From positions 651,612 through 715,611 of the forward strand of contig NMRA01000103.1 in NCBI GenBank assembly GCA_002633005.1: a DNA stretch of 64,000 bases, in the 5' to 3' direction. Position 1 is the stretch's first letter. Every line of letters starts with the position of its first letter. This DNA is from Phoronis australis. Taxonomy: Eukaryota; Animalia; Phoronida. The translations under genes and the position numbers were made by a program. This document shows, piece by piece, positions 1-11,334 of this stretch. The notes beneath the pieces were generated by a model. That model searched no databases. It was not told the DNA's origin and was given only the letters and a program-made list of their open reading frames with translations.

Positions 1-88
1 ACCATCATATTTCAAACATTATCTGGCACAGGTTTTCAGGAATCCGAATTATTAATTTGCAGGTAGGATACAAAAAACAGAAACTTAC

Positions 89-135
89 CTTATCGAAACT
101 ATTACGCTTCCCGGCACTATTTACCCAATCAGAGT
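89..135 (-). CDS. Internal exon of a second, unidentified minus-strand gene ((x)SDWVNSAGKRNSFDK if coding; may be UTR)
   Basis: Strong TCTTTTTCTTTCAG acceptor and AAG|GTAAGT donor, 47 nt; too short to identify a product. Confidence 0.5.
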
Positions 136-3100
136 CTGAAAGAAAAAGATATACAATGTCATCACAAAACTTAGAACTGTCAGACAAGTGATGGCAGACA
201 TCTCAATTGCTCCTATATACATAACACAAACATAGGTAAAAACTTTCAGTTACTCAGTCAAGTTGTTATGGTCATTAAGCTAAAGTAAACTGACATTTTC
301 AGTGGCCATCATGCCTGTCAACAAAACATCATGTAAGCTACTGGAAACACCAGAGAAAATAAACACATATTCACAGCCATTACCAACACAAAAACTATGT
401 TATGCTGAAGAGCATTGCCTCAATCAATATCAAATTTTTGGCATCTGAAAAAGCTCCATATTGATCTTGCCACTGAAATTAAAGTTCTTTCATACAAAAC
501 TGATTTCCAAATGACTTGTTTCATTGATATTTCAAAGGCTGACGTTTCTAATAATTTTACCAATATTGATGAATGGAAATTGGGGGTACAAATCACTTGC
601 TCAAAATCCAGTACACCCTTTAAATCTTTACTTTTTTAGCAACACAGCACTTAAATCCAACTTTTGCATCGAATTCCAATCTTAAGACATTAAGTGTTTC
701 ACGAAACGAATCACAGCTGGCACTTCAAAGCCAGCTTGTTTTTTATAGATAGTCGCTTCAGTGGCCAAAATGAACTTCATTTGGTAAACTATAATACCAA
801 GTAAAACCGTGATTTTGACAATAATGCAGCGATCATTTTAGAAAAACGTGAGTATGGGTGAATTGGCCCACACAGTATTAAATATACGGGACCATTTGCA
901 GGACCTGTGAGTAATGTTAGTTTTTGTCCCTTTTCACTTCAAATTTCAATGGGCCCGGTGGCAAGAGTTAAGGAATCACAGTGCCCCAATGAAATTATGA
1001 CACAGGGCAGGCTCCTAAAATTACTCCTGTAACGCACTTAGTTGAATTCAGCCAAATAACAAAGTAAGCCCCAAACTGGCTGAATCTCTCATTGCAGTGA
1101 CAGAGCCTTCTTGGTTTCATTGCTAAATGGTGGTCTTTACAAATTAAATATTTGTTCAAGACACAGTTAGACATAATGTCAACAAAGCCTGCTCCTAGGT
1201 CAGCCTAGCACTGCACCCAAAGATTAAGATTTCAGCTGACTCTGAACCACTACCCTAAATATGAAACGTGATGTACATTTACTACCTACACTCTTTAGTG
1301 AACAAAAGTGTTCATCACTTGTTAAAAACAAAGTCATGTCAAGGTGTAAAAACTCATCACTTTTAACAGCTAAAAGAACCAAGACTCTAACAGGCAATAA
1401 GCTCTTGGATGTAGTGAACTAACTGTTGTGAACTAACTGTTGTATAGACTTACTAGTAACAGATGTGAAATAAAACCTGAAGTTGCTTATACTTCAACCC
1501 AACTGCCACTCTGTCATGGTTTCATTCCATTATGCCCATTACTCTAGGCTTCACAATGACACATGACAACTACTTGGTTCAAAGTTCTACAATAACTTCA
1601 AACAACAAACAATAATTGCTTCACTCTCATACCTGTAAAGATTGAATAGGAATGAGTGGTAAAACACAGTACTAAAATCAAGGTTTACATCATGTGACTC
1701 TCTTCATGTGAGATGCTCTGCAATAAGAACCCACTGCAGGTTAATGGCAAATCCGCACCGACATGCACCTAAAGAAAACTGAAGTAATGAAGTTTATCAA
1801 AGTCCAGAGATCAACATCGTCAGACTGCATCGTCACAATGGCCCCACATAGAGCTTGGGATTGAAAAGGTCATACCCCCCAGAAAAAGAATGCCCCTCTC
1901 ATTTAAAGGTTAACCAATGCCTTTTTGGAGCCACATGTATCAGCCCCATTCCCCCATGAATAATTTTAAAAGCATGATACGAAATTCCCAGCGTCAGGCC
2001 CAAAATTACCCTCCAATGAAATTTTCCTCCATGTGAGAATCGCTTAGTTCTGCAAAATGCTACCCTTGGCTATATGAGGCCGAGGGTGGCGACCAGTTTA
2101 TGTATTGTGGCAACCGAAAAAAATATCCCTTCTCAGAAGGCACGAGTGCTTTCTCCTCAAGAAGGCGCTGACTCAACGTGTCTTTAAAAATGCCTCCAAA
2201 CATTCATACCTATTGTATAACCTGACAAACTACCACTTACCCCGACAGCTTAAAACTTGATGCACGTGAATTTGGGCCTTCCTTAAACGGTTAGGCATCA
2301 CCTATGTATTAACCAGTAAAACTGGGGACAGTCTAATACACTTGAAATTCACATTCTTGTCCTAAGCCTTATCACATGAAGTGCATACCTTCAAGATATG
2401 TCAAGGTGCTAATAAGCATAAAGTCAACACCAGTACAGCTAGGTATTCATATTTGTGTTAGTGCAATAGCAAGGAAGTGATCATCTGCAAATTAAAGATC
2501 AGATATCAATGGTTGGCTTGAATACACATATCGCCATGCAGGTTTAATTACCCGTTTGATGAGATTCTTAATTCAGATCTACCCAGCATACCTGAGATAA
2601 TTTTCAGTTGTGAAACCTATTGAACATCGTAATAATTTTGATAAAAGAGTAACTGCAATATCAAAAAATGATGAATATATAATTTCAAGTCAATACCGAA
2701 ATGCATAAATAAGCTTTAAAATATTCAAACATCAAATATCCCATTACATGATTTATTTCATGAAGCAGGTCTCTAGCACACATAGTACACAGAGAATCTG
2801 AGATAGACAGTTCAGAATGTCCAAGCTAAAATATCTCAAGAAACCTTTGTTTCGATGTTTCTCAGCCATTTTCCACTACTGCTAGTTATTTTCAGGCTAA
2901 AATTCATGCACACGACCTCATTACTTGAGGTTCATCGCACTCCCTGCATTAGAAAGCCATAAACCCCTCCTTGGTATTGCTTCACTGAATAGGATAATTG
3001 GTTTGATCCTAAATGAATGTTTGGGACAGTTTTATGACAGTAATACACAATGATCTAGACCCAGAACTTATAACCTGCTGCATTTTTGAGTTTTTCTCTA

Positions 3101-5089
3101 CCACGCTCGGTAGAGATATGGTTACACACATTTAGCCATTTTTCTCAAGGAATTTTAATCAAGAGTCTGCATAAAATTCCCCAATACTAGTTCGTCTAGC
3201 ATATCAAATCTAATGAATATAGATTACATTTGAGAAGAAAGTGTATTTCTGATTCCACCTTTCTGCTATTACAGCAGGGACAGTTCTGTCTATGAAGACC
3301 ACTAAACTTTCACTTAACCATAAATAATGCATCAAGCATCTCAATGTTGTCAGTAACAGGGCAAATAAATAACCAAGTGTAGGCATTAGTAGAATGCAGT
3401 ATTCAAGGAATGACACTTTGATGCCAATAAATAACTTTAAACAAACAATCTCACCAAAATACCATTTGGCCTTACTATACTATTGAAACCCCTCTTGCCT
3501 GTGTACAACACCACCCCATGCCCTTCAAACTTAAAAGTCATTGACTGTCTTGAGCAACAAAGTATCATTTTCCACAAATCAAGAAATCACTTTAAGTCTG
3601 AACCAGTTTTACAACTTGAAAATAAGTTTAAATCAAATTGGCATTTTTTACTTGTGGTTGGGTTTATTGACAGCTTTCAGACACAAGTTCTGCAAAAGAT
3701 TCAGATCATATATTGGCAGTACATCAAAATGTTTGTAAAATACACACTCCCCTTATAAGATTCTAAAGACTGAACCACTACTACAGGACACATGTTGATA
3801 TAACCTGATCTATACTGATGAAACTGTGCACTCTATCCATAGCATCAAGTTGCCCAAAATAGATGGACTGCAGTCTACTCTAACCATAGATAGTTTTCCA
3901 GGGTCTTGAACAACTTAGCGAAAATTTGCCAATAAACCAGGAAGCATGACAATTTTGAGGATAGATTGAATGAATTTTTGTTTAAATTCAGACACTATCT
4001 GATTCTCATAAACTGTCACTGCTGCTGAACACCCTACATCGTAAATGCATTGTTTTTGTCAAACATCATGAAAACAAAACAATTATTAGTATTTATTTAT
4101 CAAAAATGGTTTTGGCAACAAAATTCATGACTACGGCAATGCTGCAGATAAATTACAACAGAAATAAGCATTCATGAACCGAACTGCATTTGTAGAGAAA
4201 ACGTTTTTCCATAATAACATTTACTGATGATGTACACACCTTGTATGTCCACAGGCTTTAGGTTACTTAGCAGATAGTGGATCTTTACAAGTTCACTGCC
4301 TTACAGTCAATAGTAGACTGCCAAATATACCAAGTCCTACACTGAAAGACAGCTTCTTCCTATCACAGCAGTAGACCACCAATTAGTATGAATTTGTCAT
4401 AACCAGACACAAGCATAGAATTGCTACAAAGGACTGTTCTATAGCCAAATTGGATAATGACTGCACATACTCTAGGTGGATATTTGAGCAGTTTGTCAGA
4501 GGGCCGACTGACAAAAGAGGCCAACTGCCTGGAGGTTGTAAAACTGCAATAAATGTGGTGGAGGAATGTGTAGGATATGAATATTCACTTGATGGGCTAA
4601 TGTAGATACTTTGCAGGTAAGTTGTTTAAATGAACAACATCAGTAAAAAGGATTTCGACAAAACATCGCATGACAGATCTAGTCGCACATTTTCACTTTT
4701 AGGGAATTAATAAAAAAACGTCGTTTCTAATTTTCTGGAAAATTCAATAATAGGCATAAATGTTTTGAGTTAGACCAACGTGACACAAGCTCATTTTTCA
4801 ATGCTTCTCCAAACATACGTTGCTTTCCAACTTTTAGCCTACAGCTCATCCCGCTGAATCCAGCTTCCAAGAAATGCGTTACTATACTGAGGATTTATGC
4901 CTTATGCGTAGGCCTACGCACATTCAGTCACCGTCAAAGCAGTATGCCTGAAGCAAAGTGCTTGACGCCGGATCGTTAATAACTGGTAAAAGGCGAACTG
5001 GTTTAAGAAACTAGTGAAAGAAATCTAACACAAACTCACTGAATGATAATCATTGAATCAATGGCAACAATCGTACTTCAAAAACTTAC

Positions 5090-5150
5090 CCAAACCACAC
5101 ACTGATGATAAGAAGCGACCGACTCGAGCTCGGAAGTCCTACAACAACCT
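5090..5150 (-). other. Probable non-coding first exon of the second gene (5' end approximate)
   Basis: TGG|GTAAGT donor at 5090/5089, locally CpG-rich, no ATG, directly downstream of a promoter motif cluster. Confidence 0.5.
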
Positions 5151-5210
5151 TACGCGGTGTTCAGCGAGAGGGCGTGGTTGGTGAGGTCACGTGATTAAAC
5201 ATTGGAAAGT
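5130..5210 (-). promoter_or_regulatory. Housekeeping-type promoter motif cluster
   Basis: ETS-like CGGAAGT (5131-5137), GC box GGGCGTGG (~5169-5177), E-box GTCACGTGA (5186-5194) and CCAAT box (ATTGG 5201-5205) within about 80 bp. Confidence 0.55.
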
Positions 5211-6671
5211 GAAGACGGGCCTAATAGGTTTATGGTCGTGTTTTGCAGACGGATTGTGCGATGCATACCTTTGAAATTTCAAACCATAAACTTTTTGCCC
5301 TGTTGATCCTTTCGTCCCATGTCATCTGTCCAATTTGCAAACATACAAAGCAAAACACACTTTTCAACACCTCTATCAGACTTTCCATACCAGGAATTTT
5401 CGCAAACAGGCTAGGTCTTCGACAAATGTGTGCTCATGGACCCAATGAGCTATAAACATAGTTATATTTATCTCATTGCATGGACCTCTTTCGGATTTTC
5501 TCCGAGAGTAGACCCATGGACCAGAGTCACAATTATTAACTTTAGGTTTTCCACAATGAACAATGTCAATGAGTTTCAGATAAAAAGAAGACTTCGTTGA
5601 CGTTTACAGTCAGCCACCTGGAAAGTCGGTTCTTTTATGCGGTGTCATTTTCAGGAGACTTCGGAATGTTATAAAATACTCAAAATTAGGTGTGCTTTCT
5701 GTTATATGCTCTAATTTTTAATATTTTGTTAAAATGAACGTAATTTGTACGCGAGAGTGTTTTGGTCCCACTGGTGGTAATGTCATACATCTTTTAAGAA
5801 AAAAAAACACAACAAAGGTCAAAGTGATCAGAGCTTTTTAAGGATGTGCTTTATAGTTTGAAATGTTAAAGGTGTGTTTCATTCATTTTTCATAACCAAG
5901 ATATTGAAGTCTCTGACGTTTCTTCGCCGTTAAAAGGTTTTGGTGGTAAGTAAACATTTACCTGCTGTAGTGACTTGGAATGACCCATTTTGGTCGTGTT
6001 GGAGATTACAGAAACTATATTGTGAGTGGTCAACAAGACTGTATAATTGTAAAAAAAACATTTTATAATATGTGAGTGATACGAACAATGCCAACAATGA
6101 TGCTACACTCTTTCTGTATCTCTCTTATATTAAACAACATTTGCTAGACATTTCTATTTTGGATCTTGGGGTGACGTCAGTGGCAGTTTCGTGAAAAATG
6201 TATTTCATAATTTTGGGGTGATTTTGCGTTTTCACTCAAAATTGGTTTTGCCATCCGCCATTGCACAATAAGCAACCTCCCCCCTTGATTAACAAAAAGA
6301 GTATTAACTGAACGTTATCCTTGACGTTGTTAGAGGTGCACACAACCTAGTGCAATCCACGCTTGCAGATGGTAAACTTAAAAACTTGCTTCTAACGTTT
6401 GTGGACCATGAACACTGAAGCATTCTGATTACGTTTCTTGGTGATCGCCGAGGGATTATCTAGGGCTAGATGATCTATCAATAGACTGAACAGGTCTAGT
6501 AACCTTTTTTAACATGCAGACAGTGTCGGATTAATGTTTCTCGGGGCCATCTGGGGAATCCAGCCGTAACAATTCTCCTTTCATCATAGCTGTCAAACTT
6601 TCGAGGGCCTTTTGTCAGACGAGAAAGGGGCCCCAGTTGCGCTGCCTCACATAGCCACGACTTTTGAGGGA

Positions 6672-6806
6672 CAGTGGCGGATTTAGGGGGCCAAGGGGGC
6701 CATGCCCCCTATAAATTTATCCCAGATTCCATTTGGCAGTTCCGGGGTGCGAATGTATGACGGACAAATCCTGGCCCTCCAACTTAAAACCCTGGACCCG
6801 CCCATG
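6672..6806. mobile_element. hAT-like MITE (CAGTGGCGGAT TIR family), copy 1
   Basis: Imperfect TIRs CAGTGGCGGATTTAG / CTGGACCCGCCCATG, flanks AGGGA/AGGGG, internally similar to 7345-7497. Confidence 0.7.
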
Positions 6807-7344
6807 AGGGGGCCCTATCTCTTGCCATCACCTGGAATCACCTTTTGATTTAGACAAATTACCTTACCCTTATGAAATCTGTATCATATTGATCCTTATT
6901 AGAGATTTCCGAAAGAGCCCCCACCAACATAAAGTCCCTATTGGGGCTATCTCGAAACAAGGACCCGAACAAGCCTCCGCGAGAGCTCTTTTGGGATCAC
7001 TGTGGTAAGCAACTTATGAGTTTCCGAAGTCCACCACTTTTAGATACCCCTCGGGGCTTTTTGTAGACGTAAAATCACTTCGGGAAAATGGACATTTCCG
7101 AAAAAGGTTCCAGGAAATCCCGATGTTCATACTGTAGGCGATTTCATGGTTTACTGACATGTACTTATTGTTCGAGATCAGGCTCCACAAGTCAAAGTTG
7201 GCTTGTGACGACCGTGGCGTGTCCGTTATACGTCGAGCGTGGTAGTCAACGAATACCGAAATGGCAGATCTTTGCAAAAACCAGAAACCACCTCTCATTT
7301 GAGAAAGGAATGAATTGGGACCAGTTTTATAGTAGTAAGTAGTC

Positions 7345-7497
7345 CAGTGGTGGATTTAGAGGGTGCAGGGGGCCATGGCTCCCCTAAAATTCTCTCAGAG
7401 GATTTGGCTCTTCGGGTGGGAACGTCTGACGGGCAAAATCCTGGCTGATACTAAGCCCTGCCCCCCTCCCCAACTCAAAATCCTGGATCCGCCCCTG
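7345..7497. mobile_element. hAT-like MITE, copy 2, with 5-bp TSD TAGTC
   Basis: TIRs CAGTGGTGGATTTAG / CTGGATCCGCCCCTG; TAGTC on both flanks. Confidence 0.75.
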
Positions 7498-8399
7498 TAG
7501 TCTAAATCAAGTTTGATTCTTGAACGGAACCTAGCTACGTAGGTTGGTCGCGTGGATTGCCCGCTCCCCCACCCTTTTAGCCTCGCGCCCCGTCCTAAGA
7601 TGTCACAGACTGAAGTTGTATCGTAAGGATTGTTTCCACGCCCGGCTGTAGCTCATTGTTAGGCCCCTCAGGGACGTAACCATATGTTGCAACGAAAGAG
7701 AAAGCTTGGCTGAGCTTTCAAGTTTCCAAATTTAAAAATGGTTTGGTATAGACGTTGATTCTAGCTGTGATAAATTTGCCCAAACCATAGTTATTGACTT
7801 TCTATTACTACACTACATCAATTTCGTTGAGATTTTCCCTTACAGCGGATTTTTCTCCCCATCCCCGACTGGAGTGATGGTCTGCGTAAAAATTCGACAT
7901 GGTCGAGGCACGAGCTAGCCACGTGTCTCTGTTTTACACCAATGAAGTTCAGATCAACACATGGGTAGTTTTGTGTTTTAAAACATTTAAAATGTTCACA
8001 AAACTACATTTTCTTTCAAAAACAACTGTGACTCATGGAGGTAAAGCACATTTAATTTTTTCGTAATAAAATTCAACCATGCAGTAACGCAATGAGGTTC
8101 AAAGATGTGAGGTTTCCATATCGCAAACCATGTGAAAATTTGGCAAGTTTTGTGTTACTCATCAGTGGCGGATCTAGGATACCATAAGGGGGCCCAATCA
8201 GCCTGTGCTCATGGCCTTGGGCAAAATGTTCCAAGCTTAGTGCCAGACGAGAACTGGGAAGCGCGCACTGCATTAAAACAACAACAGTTCATTTACCACA
8301 GACCCTTCGACAGTTTACAGCTTTCGGCAAACCCACGGAAGTCTTTAGTCGTGAAGTAACCCAAACTTGGCCTTAAACAGCAATGGGTTTCATCTGCTA

Positions 8400-11265
8400 C
8401 ATTGGATTTTATTTTTACAATGGAGTTAAGGACAAATAGCAAAGATTCATTTGAGGTTTGCACCAAGGTGTATCCACTGCATTTATATCACCTTTCAAAT
8501 GCTTCGCACAGCACTTTTTTGTTGATTGTCCAAATGCCTTTGATTGGATTTTATGACAGGAACAACATAACAAAACCCAACAATTATTCATCATTCTAAA
8601 ATGTCATTTTATTATAATAAATAAAACAGGATAATATTTAAACTCTGTAACTAACAGTATTTGCTTATCCAGTGGAATATGAACAGTACCATAGAGTACA
8701 CCATGACAAGTTAATGCTACTTCGAATGTATGAGAGTATTAGTTCAAAGACTGCAGTTTAAAGGGACACCATCAGCAAGAAAATTTATTTTCCGAGATCA
8801 ACCTCAGTGTGGAGTCAAACATAGAACTCCCACAGTCACACTCTAAAGCTCTACTGGCGAAGCTAAATCCCACTCAATGAATGACACCAGCCTCTATTTC
8901 AGCAATCGGCTGGCAGCCAAAGACAAGAATTGCCTATTTGTAATGAAATCACAAAACACAACAGATTTTGTTGCTTTACAGTTCTGGTCAATGCCAATAA
9001 CTTCAAGAAGTCTGTCCAATCCAACGACAATCCCAAAAATGCATTTTTTCGGTGGCAATACTAATAATGTCCTTTTAAAGCCTGCACAACTCTACATTCT
9101 CACAATAGGTGCCATTATAATAAGGAAGGCTTCATCAAAAAAAAACAAAAAAAACAGCACATGTGCATGCCTTAGGATACCTTTTATATCCGTCCCACAG
9201 ATTGCACTACCGTAAAAATTCTCCAGTTTGAAACAGCGAAAAATTCATTTTTGGTCAATATCAAAGCTGTACCAAATTTTTAAAACAGTTAATATTGGCC
9301 GTCCAAATTCAAGAGCAACTATGAACGACAAATAATTATTTACCTTTCCACTGTAGGGAACCATAAAAATGTTGCAAAGCAGCCATTTTCAATGATTATA
9401 TGAAATGACAAGTCTACTTTTAAACTGCAAACACAAAATATTTGAGAAATATGAGGCGTGTCGAAATCCCCGTCCCAATCTTAAGAATTAAAAAGTTCAA
9501 ATTCGTCATGAATTTCAGTGTCTGAAATTTAAAAGACTGTTCCAAACTGTAGAATATTTACCGTAACACTGTTAAGTGATGAAGGAAAGCTACTCTCCTA
9601 CAATACCAGAAAACCCTATTCAGATGCTGACACAACTAGTTGTGAAATACCTTTTCATAGACTCATATCGTCTGTGGACAGTCGAGAAATAAACTGCAAA
9701 AGAGTTCCTCCAAGTAGGACATGTTGTGAAGCTGTGCATCTATTATAGTGTAATCTACATATTGTGTGATCAAAACAACCACAGAAAATATAATTCAAGA
9801 GTTTCCGTTCTTTAAAGCTCATGAGGATTAAAAAATAGATTACTTGGTTATGGTAAAATGTCGACAATCAGGGACATAAAGTTGCCAAATTTATCCTTTT
9901 CCATTTTCATAGGATTCTAACATTGCAATGAAAACACAAAATTTCTTATAAAACGTCTGATGGTGGCTGAGCTACAAAACTTAAATGTCTGTCAGTGTGT
10001 CCGACATTGCCGAGATTTTACTGAAAATCTTATTTCATACAATTTAAAATGAAGCCAGGGAACAGTGGATTACATAATATTACCAACATCTGCTTGAGAA
10101 ATGTATTTCTCCTGTCATGAACAACCCAACCATATCAGCACCCTTTTTGATATCCGTTTATTGCTCATAACTGCACAAGTTCGTATCTAACAAGACTTGA
10201 CATGTACGTGCGTTTGCATGCCCAATCACAATCCAGCATTCGAACATCAAACAGCATGTAACAGGAATTGGGAAATCTTTTCACGAGTGGCAACATTGTG
10301 CTTGAAACGTCAACTCACAGTTAACACACTAAAATCTGCAACACAGAGGTGCACCTTTTTAAGATCGTTCGAAAGAAAAAACGTTTCACCTTAAAAAGAA
10401 TTACACCAAGAATAGTAATCTCTGAGTATCTCCACATTCGGAAGTGAACAGCACATAACCACAACTTCTAGAATAAAACTTTTACGTCTGCAACTTGTCT
10501 CACATCGATATGATTCAAATCACGGACATCCGACTGGCTACAAGTGTACAGCCTGAACTACACATCATCCAATATACAAAAATATAGTAATCTCTGAGAA
10601 GGCACCCTATATTTTACAGCACCGACATATTACATGTACAACTTAACATCCGTAACTTGGTTCCCGCAATACACCTAGTGTACGTTCAACAAAATAAGGG
10701 CTTCATCTGGTCAATCTAATTTCTACACCAAAAACGTTAGTAATAAATCTATATACCCATGAGGATGGGCTTTGACATAATATAGGAATGAGACCACCTA
10801 TGAAACCCCCAATGCCTTACATAAAATAATCACCATTTCTAAAAGTAAAATTCTGTTCTCTGTCATGTGCGTGGTGATTAAACTAGATATCGACATCTAC
10901 TAGGCACATTACATTAAAAATACACAATTAAGAGATTCACGAACGAAAGGGATAACATAAAATGCCATCACTTAGCACGCAGATAATGGCTGTCTTAACC
11001 TAACCAACAATACAGTGGTCCTGGAATCAGCACACACAAACTGGCTTTGCAACTTCACTCTCTACTTTTCCTTAAATTCATGTATTCTCATCCACGTAGT
11101 TCCTGGTGGGGAAAGCTCTACACGAAATAACCGCTCGATTTCAACGTCAACAACAGAGGTCACCGCAAAATCACATCCTCTGAACACAGCCACCACCAGA
11201 TGTCGCTCTAGACCACCACCATTACTGTTCCCAGAGTTCATCAGTGCCTAGCAGACAACATGAGG
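8400..11265 (-). other. Probable long 3' UTR of liprin-beta (end uncertain)
   Basis: Follows the stop codon; repeat-poor and T-rich on the minus strand, with AATAAA hexamers at 8784-8789, 8608-8613 and 8408-8413. Confidence 0.4.
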
Positions 11266-11334
11266 TCACACGGTGGACGTGGGGCCAACACTTTCATAAA
11301 CATTGTCGTACAAGTTCTCTTCTTCCAGCATATC
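11266..11334 (-). CDS. PPFIBP1: Liprin-beta terminal coding exon (DMLEEENLYDNVYESVGPTSTV*)
   Basis: CATTGCAG acceptor, phase 0, 22 codons then TGA at 11268-11266; continues LT-xML-xE as in liprin-beta tails and ends in a class I PDZ-type motif (S-T-V). Confidence 0.8.
   Translation of the reverse strand, partial: DMLEEENLYDNVYESVGPTSTV

Noticed and set aside
6945-7343. Helitron (minus-strand start resembling CTACTTACTACTATAAAA)
   Set aside because: No matching 3' hairpin/CTRR end could be located.
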